A DNA stretch of 64,000 nt. It comes from an uncultured delta proteobacterium (GTDB taxonomy: Bacteria; Bdellovibrionota; FAC87; UBA2466). This document shows positions 41,530-51,830 of this stretch, in pieces (within the stretch, counting starts at the first letter, position 1; every line of letters begins with the position of its first letter). A program made the position numbers and the translations under genes. Location of the stretch: positions 224,001 through 288,000 of the forward strand of contig CAVZSV010000004.1 in the NCBI GenBank assembly GCA_963778115.1, given 5' to 3'. A model generated the notes under the pieces. The model did no database searches. It was not told where the DNA came from and was given only the letters and a program-made list of their open reading frames with translations.

Positions 41530-42540
41530 ATGAAGACCGCCAATGCCCATAAAGCCATCGCCTTGTTGTCGGGGGGACTCGATAGTCTTTTGGCGGCGAA
41601 GATAGTCAAGGACGCTGGTATCGACGTGATTGGACTTCACCTACTCTCCCCTTTTGGCTGTCGAGAAGACGTGAAAAAAGTCGCCGAAACGGTAGGAATT
41701 CCTCTGATCATTAAGGACAAGGGTGAAGCCTATCTCGAGCTCGTTAAAAAGCCCAAGTATGGATACGGAAGTGCGATGAATCCTTGCATCGACTGCCGAA
41801 TCTACATGTTCCAGATGGCGGAGATTGTGATGGAGGATGAGGGGGCCCAGTTCATCATCACAGGAGAGGTTTTAGGACAACGGCCGATGTCCCAACAGAG
41901 AACCTCTATCGACCTTATCGATCGTAAGAGCGGAATCGAAGATCGTATCTTGCGTCCCTTATCCGCTCATCTTTTTGAGCCTAGCCTTCCCGAACGCGAG
42001 GGCTGGATCGATAGAAAGTCTCTTTTTGCGATGAGCGGACGAACTAGAAAAGAGCAACTTGCTCTTGTCGAAAAGTATGGCATTACCGCCTATTCTGCTC
42101 CTGGAGGAGGGTGCCTTCTTACTGAGACCAGCTTTTCGAGTCGGCTTAAAGATTTTTACACCCACGAGCATCATGAAAACGCCGATGAACGAATGGTACA
42201 AAGCGAACTACTGCGGTTCGGTCGGCACTTTCGAATCTCTGAGAAGACCAAAGTGATCGTGGCCAGAAATCAGCAAGAAAATGGAGAGCTCGAATCCCGT
42301 TGGAATCGAGCTCGAGGAGTGCTCTTTGTCCCGGTAGAAAATAATGGCCCAAGTGCTATCTTACTGGGATCGTTTGGCGAGACGGAAAAGAGCCTGGTCG
42401 GCGAACTCATTGCCCGTTACAGCAAAGGCAAAGGGGCCTCGCAAAATACAGAGATCCATTTTGAGACTAAATCGATGTCGGGAAATTTTGTGGTGACCCA
42501 ACCGATGTCGGAGGAAAGACTTGAGGCGTACCGATTATGA
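41530..42540 (+). CDS. PP-loop tRNA sulfurtransferase-like protein (ThiI/MnmA-related)
   Basis: LLSGGLDS, NPCIDCR, TGEVLGQRPMSQ, PGGGCLLT, GRHFR. Confidence 0.85.
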   Translation: MKTANAHKAIALLSGGLDSLLAAKIVKDAGIDVIGLHLLSPFGCREDVKKVAETVGIPLIIKDKGEAYLELVKKPKYGYGSAMNPCIDCRIYMFQMAEIVMEDEGAQFIITGEVLGQRPMSQQRTSIDLIDRKSGIEDRILRPLSAHLFEPSLPEREGWIDRKSLFAMSGRTRKEQLALVEKYGITAYSAPGGGCLLTETSFSSRLKDFYTHEHHENADERMVQSELLRFGRHFRISEKTKVIVARNQQENGELESRWNRARGVLFVPVENNGPSAILLGSFGETEKSLVGELIARYSKGKGASQNTEIHFETKSMSGNFVVTQPMSEERLEAYRL

Positions 42541-43220
42541 ACCATGATCTAAAGAAAGTTATTGTCGCTCTGGACTATGAATACCCCGAACAGGCTTTCC
42601 GACTGGTCGAGGAGGTAGGCGAGGTTATTGAATGGTTTAAGATCGGGCCCATGCTTTTCACCCGTTCCGGCGAAGAGGTTATCAACTTCTTACACAGGCG
42701 ATCCAAGAAAATATTCTTAGATCTGAAACTCCACGACACTCCGACCGTCGTTGCCAATACGGTGAAACAGATAGCGGACTTGGGAGTCTCTCTTACGACC
42801 GTTCATTGTTTAGGAGGACGGGCGATGCTCGATGCCGCTGGAACACACTGCCGAGGATCCCAACTTAAGCTTCTAGGAGTTACCCTTCTCACCAGTCAAA
42901 AAGCTAGCGATTTGGGAAGCCAAAGAACGGAATCGGAAATTGTTATCGATCTGGTAAAGCTCGCCGTTGAAACAAGGCTTACTGGAATCATCTGCTCTCC
43001 TCACGAATTGACCGATGTGAAAAAACACGTTCTACCCGGATTTGTTCTAGTCACGCCGGGCATCCGACTTCCTGAAGAGGAAGTGTTTATGGATGATCAG
43101 CAAAGATTTGCCTCTCCCAAACAGGCGCTCGAATGGGGAGCCGATTATTTAGTGGTCGGCCGTCCGATTACCCAAGCGCGCGAGCCACGCGAAGTGATAG
43201 GCCGGTTATTTCGGGCATGA
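42537..43220 (+). CDS. pyrF: Orotidine-5'-phosphate decarboxylase
   Basis: IVALD, FLDLKLHD, VTPGIR, VVGRPI. Confidence 0.95.
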   Translation: MNHDLKKVIVALDYEYPEQAFRLVEEVGEVIEWFKIGPMLFTRSGEEVINFLHRRSKKIFLDLKLHDTPTVVANTVKQIADLGVSLTTVHCLGGRAMLDAAGTHCRGSQLKLLGVTLLTSQKASDLGSQRTESEIVIDLVKLAVETRLTGIICSPHELTDVKKHVLPGFVLVTPGIRLPEEEVFMDDQQRFASPKQALEWGADYLVVGRPITQAREPREVIGRLFRA

Positions 43221-43993
43221 GACCGCCGCCACACGACCGTTTTAACCGCGATAGCCTTGAGACTACCTCTTTAAGTGCTATCGAACATCTATTGGCCCAG
43301 CGCCCACAAAGGTTACGCAAGATCGTAGTTTCGGCTTCCGCGGAAGAGAGAAATTCAAGGATTGCAGAAATGTGCGCCACCGCCAAAGCCAAAGGGATTC
43401 TCGTAGACCGATCACCCGGTGGAAGAGAGACGGAAACGGTGCGAGCCTTACTTTCTCCTTTCGAATACGGAACGCTCCCGGCACTGATGAAAAGGCTTTC
43501 GCAACAAAAACGAGTCGTTCTATTAGCGCTAGACCACTTGCAAGATCCGCAAAACTTCGGCGCTCTAGCCCGTTCCGCCGAAGCTTTAGGGGCTTCAGCC
43601 ATTCTGATCCCCAAAGATCGCGGAGTCACGGTAACTTCCGGCGTTTATAACGCTTCGGTGGGGGCGATCGATACCCTTCCCATCGTCATGGTGACTAACT
43701 TGGGCGAGGCTTTGAGGAAACTAAAAGACGAGCGCTTTTGGATAGTGGGTACGGCTATCGGTAAGAATTCGACACCCCCCTGGGAAACCCCCGACTTTGA
43801 ACGGGTAGTCATCGTATTGGGAACCGAGCTTGAGGGGATTAGTCCTGGGATCGAAAAGCTCTGTGATTGGCAGGTCGAAATCCCCTTACGCGGAAGTGTC
43901 CAATCGCTCAATGTGAGTGTCGCAGGAGCGCTATTAATGTACCACTTTTGTGGGATCCGGCCAGACAAGAGGACTGACAAGGGGAATCCTTAG
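43217..43993 (+). CDS. rlmB: 23S rRNA Gm2251 methyltransferase (TrmH/SpoU family)
   Basis: LDHLQDPQNFGALARSA, LGTELEGI, VQSLNVSVA; ATGA overlap with pyrF. Confidence 0.88.
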   Translation: MRPPPHDRFNRDSLETTSLSAIEHLLAQRPQRLRKIVVSASAEERNSRIAEMCATAKAKGILVDRSPGGRETETVRALLSPFEYGTLPALMKRLSQQKRVVLLALDHLQDPQNFGALARSAEALGASAILIPKDRGVTVTSGVYNASVGAIDTLPIVMVTNLGEALRKLKDERFWIVGTAIGKNSTPPWETPDFERVVIVLGTELEGISPGIEKLCDWQVEIPLRGSVQSLNVSVAGALLMYHFCGIRPDKRTDKGNP

Positions 43994-44084
43994 CAAATGC
44001 CGCCGCCTATTCGTCCCCTATTCGGTTTCAGGGCCAATTTCCAGTTGCCACTTAGGGAATTTCTCAATAGCTTTACACGATTAG

Positions 44085-44156
44085 GCCGGCGTAGCTCAGT
44101 GGTAGAGCAGCTGATTTGTAATCAGCAGGTCGCAGGTTCAAATCCCGTCGCCGGCT
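44085..44156 (+). tRNA. tRNA-Thr(TGT)
   Basis: GCCGGCG/CGCCGGC acceptor stem, GCTGA-TTTGTAA-TCAGC anticodon arm, GGTTCAAATCC; CCA not encoded. Confidence 0.95.
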
Positions 44157-44180
44157 CTGCTGCGGCCATGACTTTTCTGA

Positions 44181-44262
44181 GGACAGGTACCCAAGCGGCC
44201 AAAGGGATCAGACTGTAAATCTGACGGCTCTGCCTTCGGAGGTTCGAATCCTCCCCTGTCCA
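44181..44262 (+). tRNA. tRNA-Tyr(GTA)
   Basis: GGACAGG/CCTGTCC acceptor stem, TCAGA-CTGTAAA-TCTGA anticodon arm, long variable arm, GGTTCGAATCC; CCA not encoded. Confidence 0.95.
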
Positions 44263-44300
44263 TTCATTTTCGCAACGCGAAAATGAATCCTCAACGATAA

Positions 44301-44336
44301 ATCTTAAGATTAATCTTAAGACTAATCTTAACCTAA
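44301..44336. repeat. Intergenic hexamer-period TTAA array
   Basis: ATCTTAAGATTAATCTTAAGACTAATCTTAACCTAA. Confidence 0.7.
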
Positions 44337-44488
44337 TCCCGGCGTAGAAGGTGTAAGGCTACCAACACCATGGCCGATGATCCAATTTTGCCTTGGCTTT
44401 GCTTCATATAGTGAATTAGAGCATTTCGCTATTGTCGAAATCTCCGAGACTGCGAAATTTAATCTTACTCTTAATTTTAATTTTAAGA

Positions 44489-45325
44489 TTAATCCTTAAT
44501 AGAGAGTAAGTAACCCACCACCTGATCGGCGATCGCTTTCCAAAGGGCGGGATCTCTGCCGATCTCTTTATGGAAATCATTCATAAAGGGGTTCACGACG
44601 GGAACGCGGATTTTTTGATTTGCGACGGTATTCGAAGCTTCGGCGTAAGGGCCTGAATGGAGGATGTAAAATTGCGATTGATAGAAATGGAGCCAATGGC
44701 CAGCGCGGTTGCGGATGTTTTTTCTCTCATCGGAAGCAACATCACTCGGGGCTTCCTTACAACCACGGTTATCCTCGGACGAAATAAAGCTTTCCGGAGT
44801 GCAATCTAGCGGGCTTATCGGATCTAGCGTGATTAGTTCCAAGAAGCTAAGCCCTTCTCTCAATTTAAGAGCTAGCTTCATCGCCAGCCATCCTCCATAC
44901 GAATGGCCAACGACGTAGATACGATCGCTTTTGGTCTGCTGTGCGACATCATCCACATATTTCGACAGCGAAACGATGGCGTCGCGAAAGGGAGGCTGAA
45001 AAGCAACCTCTTCGATAGGATTATCGGAAGCCGCCTTGGCAGAGGATGACATTCGAAGCATGAGATCTTGCTGGACAGGCTCTATCTCACCATTGACGCA
45101 AGCCTCGACATATTCGAAAGGATGGCCCGCTTTTAAGACGGCATCTCTAAGAATAGAGTATGCCGAATTATTGCTCGTACTCAGAACTAGAGGATCGTTG
45201 GCTATGGGAGTATTACAACTGTGATAGCCCGAAATCAAAACATACAGCGGTTCGGATATTCCGTAAGGGGAAAGGCTAGCCGCCACAAAAAATAGAAGTG
45301 TCTTGAATTTCATTAATCCCCCCAT
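44489..45325 (-). CDS. Secreted alpha/beta hydrolase (lipase/esterase-like)
   Basis: VVGHSYGG nucleophile elbow, ITLDPI; signal-like N-terminus (likely start at MKFKTLL). Confidence 0.75.
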   Translation of the reverse strand: MGGLMKFKTLLFFVAASLSPYGISEPLYVLISGYHSCNTPIANDPLVLSTSNNSAYSILRDAVLKAGHPFEYVEACVNGEIEPVQQDLMLRMSSSAKAASDNPIEEVAFQPPFRDAIVSLSKYVDDVAQQTKSDRIYVVGHSYGGWLAMKLALKLREGLSFLELITLDPISPLDCTPESFISSEDNRGCKEAPSDVASDERKNIRNRAGHWLHFYQSQFYILHSGPYAEASNTVANQKIRVPVVNPFMNDFHKEIGRDPALWKAIADQVVGYLLSIKD

Positions 45326-45388
45326 TTCCGCAGCTTCTTATTTGTGCCGGAGCAGTGACGCCGCGTCAACAGAGGGAAATTTTTCTTT

Positions 45389-46630
45389 CTAGGGGGCCTC
45401 GATGCGATAGATTAGTCCGCTTGCGAGATCGGAAATGTAGACTCTTCCTTGGCTGTCTCTACCAAAAGTCGAAGGCGTAATCGGCCATCTTCCTAAACTA
45501 AAGTAGTCGGTACTTCCCAATTCGTCCGTTGCCACGTCAGGTAATTGAGCTGCCCAGATCTTGCCGCTACCGAAGTCTGCAAAGAGATACTTCCCTTTAA
45601 GATCAGCGAGGCTCTGGTCCCTGGCGACGACACCTCCGATGATAGCGCTCCCGCCATTATCGGGGTCTCCCTCTTCATGTCCGTACTCAACGACCGGAAA
45701 TTGATGCAGGCGGCGTTCCGTTTCGCAGGCTTCGTTAGACTTAAAGCAGTGGCGCCCTTCGAAAATATTCCAGCCGTAATCCTGCCCCTTTTGAACAATA
45801 TCGACCTCTTCAAAGAGATCCTGGCCGACATCGCCCACAATAAGGCGATTGTTATCATCGAAAGCAAAGCGCCAGGGGTTTCTAAATCCCGACGCAAATA
45901 TTTCGGGAAGCACTTGTGAATTTCGAGCGAAGGGATTGTCCGAGGGAATTGCATAATTCTTTCCCTGATCCGTGTGATCCACATCGATACGCAAAATCTT
46001 TCCGAGGAGGACCTTCTTGTTTTGTCCGTTCTTATGAGGGTCGCCGGCCGAGCCCCCGTCTCCAAAGCCAGCGTACAACATTCCGTCCGCACCAAATACC
46101 AGCTGACCCGACTTGTGGTTCTGAAACGGCTGCTCCTGACGAATAAGAACTTTATTTTCCTTAGGAGCAGATGAAGTAACATCCGAACCGGGTTCGATAC
46201 TCCATTCAGCGATGTGAGTCGTGTCATTACCGTTATCACTCACAACATAATCGATATAAAACTTACCATTCTTTTGAAACTGGGGATGAAAGGCTAGGCC
46301 TAGTAGCCCTTCTTCGACTTTGGTCAACACCTGTTGGGTAAACCACACGCCCTGTTTGCCTTGTTCGATATCAAACCAGCGTGCTTTGCCCGCCTTTTCC
46401 AACACGATAACTAGGTCAGGTTTTCCGGGAACAAATTGAATATCGGTGGGATTAGAAACCCCCGCGATTACTTTGGAAAGAACCACATCAAGATGTTTAC
46501 GCTTAAGATCCAGACCGTCGAAAGTAGGATTCGTCAATTTATCGGGGATGGCAAAAGAGCGGGACCCCACTATCACCAGAATAAGAAACGAAAAGAGAAG
46601 GCCAAAAGAACGAGTCGCCCGCCACGTCAT
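45389..46630 (-). CDS. PQQ-dependent sugar dehydrogenase (glucose/sorbosone dehydrogenase family)
   Basis: EEGLLGLAFHPQF, GFGDGGSAGDP, GKILRIDVD, GFRNPWR, GDVGQ, DYGW. Confidence 0.9.
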   Translation of the reverse strand: MTWRATRSFGLLFSFLILVIVGSRSFAIPDKLTNPTFDGLDLKRKHLDVVLSKVIAGVSNPTDIQFVPGKPDLVIVLEKAGKARWFDIEQGKQGVWFTQQVLTKVEEGLLGLAFHPQFQKNGKFYIDYVVSDNGNDTTHIAEWSIEPGSDVTSSAPKENKVLIRQEQPFQNHKSGQLVFGADGMLYAGFGDGGSAGDPHKNGQNKKVLLGKILRIDVDHTDQGKNYAIPSDNPFARNSQVLPEIFASGFRNPWRFAFDDNNRLIVGDVGQDLFEEVDIVQKGQDYGWNIFEGRHCFKSNEACETERRLHQFPVVEYGHEEGDPDNGGSAIIGGVVARDQSLADLKGKYLFADFGSGKIWAAQLPDVATDELGSTDYFSLGRWPITPSTFGRDSQGRVYISDLASGLIYRIEAP

Positions 46631-46931
46631 AGATAAACTCCTTTTTCAGCCCTCGCGACATGGTTAGCGCGTCAAATAGAACGGGTCAACTTCCATTTCA
46701 CGGTTCTGTCGAATCGGGAGAAGGAGCTAAAGACTACTATGGCGAGACCACAATCGTGGCAGGCGGAGTATCCCCAATGGGGGACGAAGAGTTGAAAATG
46801 GTTATCGAAGCATCCTCTAACTTTCCATCAGAACGGTGACACCCGTTCCCACGGTGACCGTGTCGCAGTCCATAATTCCTTCATATTTGCGCGGTATCGT
46901 CTGAGTTAATACTGCGGGCGGGACGTGTGTC

Positions 46932-49616
46932 ATGAATCTGGGGTATCGATCGCTTCTTCTCTCAGTTCTTTCAATTACCTTAATTTTAACCCTTTTTAAT
47001 CTGGTTCGTTTTTCCGCTTCCGCTCATGCCGAAGGGGCAACGACTCCGGGTTCCACCCTGACGGGTGCCATCGATGGGTCCAGTGCGAGACCCAATTTAG
47101 GCGTCTTTGTCCCAGGCGAAACAGTAACACTTTCTTTCACGGCCACGAATGCGTCTGCAGAGACGCTAACGATCACTACCAATGATGTGCACGGCGATTC
47201 CGTAGACAGCCAAACGTTCACGGTACCCCAAGCGGCCTCTGCTTGGACAACGACAATGCGCGCCTACAATGGGAAGTTAGGTTTTTTTCGTGTCTACGGA
47301 CAACTAAGTGACGGAACCACCATATCCCCTCAGTTTTCACTCTCCCCCAAGAACACGGACGGCTCTGCCGCTCAAGCGTTCATCACGTACGCCATCGTAC
47401 CCAATCCTTCAGGTCGAATTAAAACGCTTGCGCAGAACCAATCTTTCTTCGCCGCGTGGAACACAAATCCCTCGTTGGGTTCGGACATCGCGGCCCTGAT
47501 GGGATGGAGATGGATGAAAGACCCCGACAATTGGACATGGGGTATTCGAGCCAAACACGGAATACTGCCCACCAACGCCCCTTCGCCTTTTTTCAATACG
47601 ACACCGGCAAATACCTTCACGGTATCAGAAGCGGCAAACAGCCCCACGTGGAATATATATACCTATCCCAATCTTTTGATGCCCCATAACTATCAGTCGG
47701 AACCCACCTCTGACGTTTATTCACCGGCGATGAATGGAACCTCAATGGGAAATCTGACACCGACGGGCAGTAGCGATTTCTCTAATTTCGTAAGCAATGT
47801 CGCTCAATATTGGCCACAAACCTATCCCAACCAGGCTCAAAATGGAGGCACCTATTTCGAAGTGACGTGGGAGCCCCAAACGCCTTGGGGTTACACAGGG
47901 AGCGCGGCAAACTTAGTCAATGTCTACCAACTGGCAAGCCAGGCGATGCACCCTACACCGACCACTAACCCGTCATACTTGGTAACCGGGCCAACCCTTT
48001 TTATCGATACGATCGCAGGCCTTAAGTATCAATATGGGCTATTAAAGGCGGGACTTGCTCAATATCTAGATGCTTTCTCCTCGCATCCCTATATGGAGAA
48101 TGACAGCAATTGGGATGTCTTTTTGGAACCCGAATTTTCCGGACAACCTTCAAATATAGATTCGATGAAATACCTTCTCACCCAACTCAAGGGCGGCCCC
48201 ATTCCGATGATAGGATCTGAGCAAGGATACCGAACGCGTCAATACGTGTCGGGAGATCCTAACGAGCCCACTAAATTTCCAAGTGAACTAAGCCAAGCGC
48301 AGAGACTGGTGCGCTCCAATCTGATTCTTCTGGGAGAGGGTTGGAAACAGAATTTAGCGTTCTACCAGAACGATTTCTATTACTACGACGCTATGCAAAA
48401 AACCCCCACCTACCAGTGGGACTGGGGTTTTTTCTACAACATTGCCCCTCCCGTGATGCCGGGTACCGTCGTCAACTATGCAACTTCAGTCCGGCAGCCG
48501 GATGGAACTACGCTTTATACCAACGCCACCATAAAACAACCGTCGGGCTATGAGTACCAGCTGAATCCAGTGCTCAGCGCTCCGAACGGCACCCTACTCA
48601 ATCACTTCACAGCGACGAAGGTGCTTCCCAAACCCGTGGTCGCAGCCTACGCCGCTATGACCTACCTTCTTGAAGGACGCCAGTCGGTAAATAACGTCAA
48701 TTGGCTCAGTGACACGACTCGCGGATATGTTTACGAGAGCTATACCAACACCAACGATGATCTGTTGGCACTTTGGGATGTGAGCGGACAACCGGTTACG
48801 CTTACCCTTAAGAATGGGCGCGCAAGTACTTCCGTCACCGTTTATGACTGGATGGGAAACAGCCAAACGGTTCCCGTGACGAACGGGCAATTTTCCGTCA
48901 CGGTCGGACTCGAGCCTATCTATATTAAAGGAATGGCAGCATGGATGTGGGGTTCAAAACGCCTCTTCACCAACGTCGCCCTCAATCAAAAGGTTACGAC
49001 GACCGGTAGCACGGCATGGTGGGATCCGATTACCCAGGCGAACGTTGAGATGAGCGGTTCCAACGCTGTCGACGGATACCCTTGGGCCATGGAGAGCCGC
49101 TGGCTTACTCCGGCAAACTCCGCAGCAAAGGTATTGCAAGTCACTTTCAGTCGCCCCCAGACGATAAATGAGATTCGCTTTTTCACCGGAGCCTATGCAC
49201 CGACCAAGGGTTTGAACGTCTATAACGCTTATCTTCCCTCTTATCACTTGCAGACGCTGAACGGGAACCAATGGCTGGACATTGTCTATCGCACGAATAA
49301 TACGAAAGCCGTAGTGGACGAGACCTTTGCTTCCCTTTCGACGACCTCAGTTAGACTTCTAGTCGACCCAGGAGATAACCAGCAGTTTAACTTAGAGACG
49401 CAACAATACAGTAACCAGATTAGCCTCTATGAATTTCAAGCTATCTCACCGTCAACCAATCCAGTCATCACCGCGCATCCGATGGGCCAGACTGTAAATG
49501 CCACTACCGCTCTTAATGTAACAGCGGCTGCAACGAGTGCCGAAGGCGTGAATTACCAAAGGCGTAAGTCAGCTCTCGCTACCGGGACCCTACTTCGAGT
49601 GCCAATGGCGAATTAA
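46932..49616 (+). CDS. Large secreted glycoside hydrolase-like protein (clan GH-A) with discoidin/CBM32-like domain and disrupted Ig-like tail
   Basis: Signal peptide ending AHA; WEP and SEQG putative catalytic Glu, DAFSSHPY; NVALNQKV...NAVDG...SRW; PVITAHPMGQTV. Confidence 0.65.
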   Translation: MNLGYRSLLLSVLSITLILTLFNLVRFSASAHAEGATTPGSTLTGAIDGSSARPNLGVFVPGETVTLSFTATNASAETLTITTNDVHGDSVDSQTFTVPQAASAWTTTMRAYNGKLGFFRVYGQLSDGTTISPQFSLSPKNTDGSAAQAFITYAIVPNPSGRIKTLAQNQSFFAAWNTNPSLGSDIAALMGWRWMKDPDNWTWGIRAKHGILPTNAPSPFFNTTPANTFTVSEAANSPTWNIYTYPNLLMPHNYQSEPTSDVYSPAMNGTSMGNLTPTGSSDFSNFVSNVAQYWPQTYPNQAQNGGTYFEVTWEPQTPWGYTGSAANLVNVYQLASQAMHPTPTTNPSYLVTGPTLFIDTIAGLKYQYGLLKAGLAQYLDAFSSHPYMENDSNWDVFLEPEFSGQPSNIDSMKYLLTQLKGGPIPMIGSEQGYRTRQYVSGDPNEPTKFPSELSQAQRLVRSNLILLGEGWKQNLAFYQNDFYYYDAMQKTPTYQWDWGFFYNIAPPVMPGTVVNYATSVRQPDGTTLYTNATIKQPSGYEYQLNPVLSAPNGTLLNHFTATKVLPKPVVAAYAAMTYLLEGRQSVNNVNWLSDTTRGYVYESYTNTNDDLLALWDVSGQPVTLTLKNGRASTSVTVYDWMGNSQTVPVTNGQFSVTVGLEPIYIKGMAAWMWGSKRLFTNVALNQKVTTTGSTAWWDPITQANVEMSGSNAVDGYPWAMESRWLTPANSAAKVLQVTFSRPQTINEIRFFTGAYAPTKGLNVYNAYLPSYHLQTLNGNQWLDIVYRTNNTKAVVDETFASLSTTSVRLLVDPGDNQQFNLETQQYSNQISLYEFQAISPSTNPVITAHPMGQTVNATTALNVTAAATSAEGVNYQRRKSALATGTLLRVPMAN

Positions 49617-49932
49617 CGGCAAGGCTGTGATAGGAGCCACTACGCCCACGGCGACTCTGACGGCCCCCACGAAACCGGGAACATACCTCATCTCGGTGGG
49701 AGCAAGCGATAGTGCCGGTTGGACACCGAGTAATAACGTTACTCTCAACGTTAAATAGCAGCGTCATCAAAAACTACCGGCGTCGCCTCTCGTCATGGCA
49801 AGAGGACATCCCCATTCCGTTTTGGGTTAGGAGGCACTTCATTTGCGGCCCTCGTTTTCGACGTCTTTGGACGCGCCACCTGGTTCTTCTAAATCTCTCC
49901 TAAAAAGCGCCTTTGTTTGCTATACGTCTCTC

Positions 49933-50670
49933 ATGCCCATTCGAATCAAGAAATCTATTTCATTGTGGCTTGTCTTAGTCGCTTTCCTGCTTTCCTCCTT
50001 TTCTCAGGCAAAGGACGGGTGGGCTTTCCGCTGCGCGGTTAAGGTGGCAGCCCTGGGTGTCGCGTTTGTCTCTGGTATCGCCGTACACGATCTAGGCGAT
50101 GGAAGACGGGACATGGAACGGGTCCAAAACCTCTCTATTCCGAAAAAGGATGACCCAAACACCGTTTATCTGAGAGGCTACGAGTCTTATACGATAAATC
50201 CAGATGGAATTTTTCATTCCACCGGGGCTTATGTCCCAGATTCCCACGGCAGTATTGCGATAGCAGGGCTGCAAAATCATTTGGTTCGCATCGAAACCCA
50301 CGGAGGTCTCTCCATTTATGTCCCCCATCACCAAGCATGGGTTCGTCTTCACGATCGACCGGTAACCGCTATCGCTTCGCTCCCCAATACGCTGATAGCT
50401 ATCGAACAGGGGGGAAAGCTCTTAGCTTTGCACCTTAACCCAGGAGTACAACTGAGTTTCGCGGGACCCCACGGGTATGGTGACGGCGTCAGACTCAAAA
50501 TGCTTCCCGTTCTCAGTAATATCCATGCCAAGAGCCTAAAACGGATTTTCCCTTCCAATAATTTCGAGACCGCATTCATCGGGGTGAAAACGGATAGCGC
50601 TTCTTACGCCATTCTTGACGACGGCACTTACCTTGAAGTGAACGGGGATATAGAACACTTCGTACCGTGA
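49933..50670 (+). CDS. Hypothetical exported protein
   Basis: Signal-like N-terminus ending SQA followed by a second hydrophobic stretch; no family recognised. Confidence 0.55.
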   Translation: MPIRIKKSISLWLVLVAFLLSSFSQAKDGWAFRCAVKVAALGVAFVSGIAVHDLGDGRRDMERVQNLSIPKKDDPNTVYLRGYESYTINPDGIFHSTGAYVPDSHGSIAIAGLQNHLVRIETHGGLSIYVPHHQAWVRLHDRPVTAIASLPNTLIAIEQGGKLLALHLNPGVQLSFAGPHGYGDGVRLKMLPVLSNIHAKSLKRIFPSNNFETAFIGVKTDSASYAILDDGTYLEVNGDIEHFVP

Positions 50671-50693
50671 ACAAACCATGGTAAGTAACGAGC

Positions 50694-51590
50694 ATGCTTG
50701 ATCCTCTATTAAAGAGAGAATGGCGCCGGCGCGCTACCAAGATATTTAGAGACTGCGTCTCATCTTTTGGTTCAGTCCTCCCACGAGATACCAAACTTTC
50801 GCTTGCCCGCAGGTCGACCAAGTTTGGCCACCTCCTGGTCAAAGACGGTGATTTTATTCTTCCTGACTATCTGGACTCTTTTCGGGTGAACATCAACGTT
50901 AAGTACACGGCCGAAAGAGTGATGCTTACGGGAGTCTACGAGGCAGATCTGTGGTGGACCATCCGTAACCATGTTTCGCCGGGCGATGTCTGCATCGACA
51001 TCGGAGCTAACGTCGGAGCGGTTAGTCTTTTTCTGGCGAAGATGGTGGGGGATGGAGGAAGGGTTTTGTGTTTTGAACCCGGCCCCAGCTACTTTCAGCG
51101 GCTGCAAAAAAATATCGAGCTTAATCCTCAGATTCAAGATCGGATCGAAGTGTTTAATCTAGGACTCGCCGATAAGCGCGGTACCCTGCATTGGGCGGAG
51201 GACCCGGATTTTCCCGGCAACGCTTTCATGTTCGGAGATGAAGGAACGGTTTTGGACGTGGTTCGTTTGGACAATCTGTTGGCCTGTAAATTAGAGAGCT
51301 TGAATTTTATCAAGATAGATGTCGAAGGAATGGAGTTTGAGGTCTTAAAGGGAGCACAGGAAATCATCGCTAAATTTAAGCCAAAGATCTTCTTCGAAAC
51401 GAGCATGGAATTCGAACAGTATCGCAACGCCCCCATTCGAAAACAGGCCTCCGAATGGCTCAAAGGCCTTGGCTATACTTTATTTAGAGTCACCGAATCC
51501 AAAACGCTGAAAAAGGTGGAGTACCCGAACTTCTCACAAAATACGCTGGCACTTGCGCAAGGCCCGTCTCAGATTCTAGAAAGTCGTTAG
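50694..51590 (+). CDS. FkbM family methyltransferase
   Basis: IDIGANVG, FEP, FIKIDVEGMEFEVLKGA. Confidence 0.9.
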   Translation: MLDPLLKREWRRRATKIFRDCVSSFGSVLPRDTKLSLARRSTKFGHLLVKDGDFILPDYLDSFRVNINVKYTAERVMLTGVYEADLWWTIRNHVSPGDVCIDIGANVGAVSLFLAKMVGDGGRVLCFEPGPSYFQRLQKNIELNPQIQDRIEVFNLGLADKRGTLHWAEDPDFPGNAFMFGDEGTVLDVVRLDNLLACKLESLNFIKIDVEGMEFEVLKGAQEIIAKFKPKIFFETSMEFEQYRNAPIRKQASEWLKGLGYTLFRVTESKTLKKVEYPNFSQNTLALAQGPSQILESR

Positions 51591-51777
51591 CCCTTCATTG
51601 GTAGCGATCGGGCTTAAAACCCCCCTGTCAAAAAGCCGGCCCTACTTTACGAAACAGTCCTAGGAAGTTAGCCGCCCTGTTTTCCCCCCTGCCCAAAGCT
51701 TCGCCAGATTTCAAACTGAATCATTCAACAAATCCTGTTATTTAGACTAGTTACCGAGGTGTATTCTCACCGTATTC

Positions 51778-51793
51778 TGGGCCGAACGTTGCA
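51778..51793 (+). promoter_or_regulatory. Candidate sigma54 -24/-12 promoter
   Basis: TGGGCCGAACGTTGCA fits GG-N10-GC, 37 nt before ATG 51831. Confidence 0.5.
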
Positions 51794-51830
51794 AAGACAA
51801 TCCTTAACGAGGAGATCCGGGGGTACACAC

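Noticed and set aside
43997..44218. 73-aa ORF
   Set aside because: It spans the tRNA genes and is spurious.
44290..44500. CRISPR array or replication origin at the AT-rich repeats
   Set aside because: No repeat-spacer periodicity, cas genes, DnaA-box cluster or dnaA context.
46640..46930. Riboswitch or ncRNA upstream of the glycoside hydrolase
   Set aside because: Short palindromes (TCCCCAATGGGGGA) and a repeated ACGGTGAC are present, but I could not match a known RNA motif by eye; an Rfam/Infernal scan would be needed.
51620..51630. attR copy of the tRNA-Tyr 3' end (CCCCTGTC)
   Set aside because: Only about 8 bp match, expected by chance, and no integrase is present.
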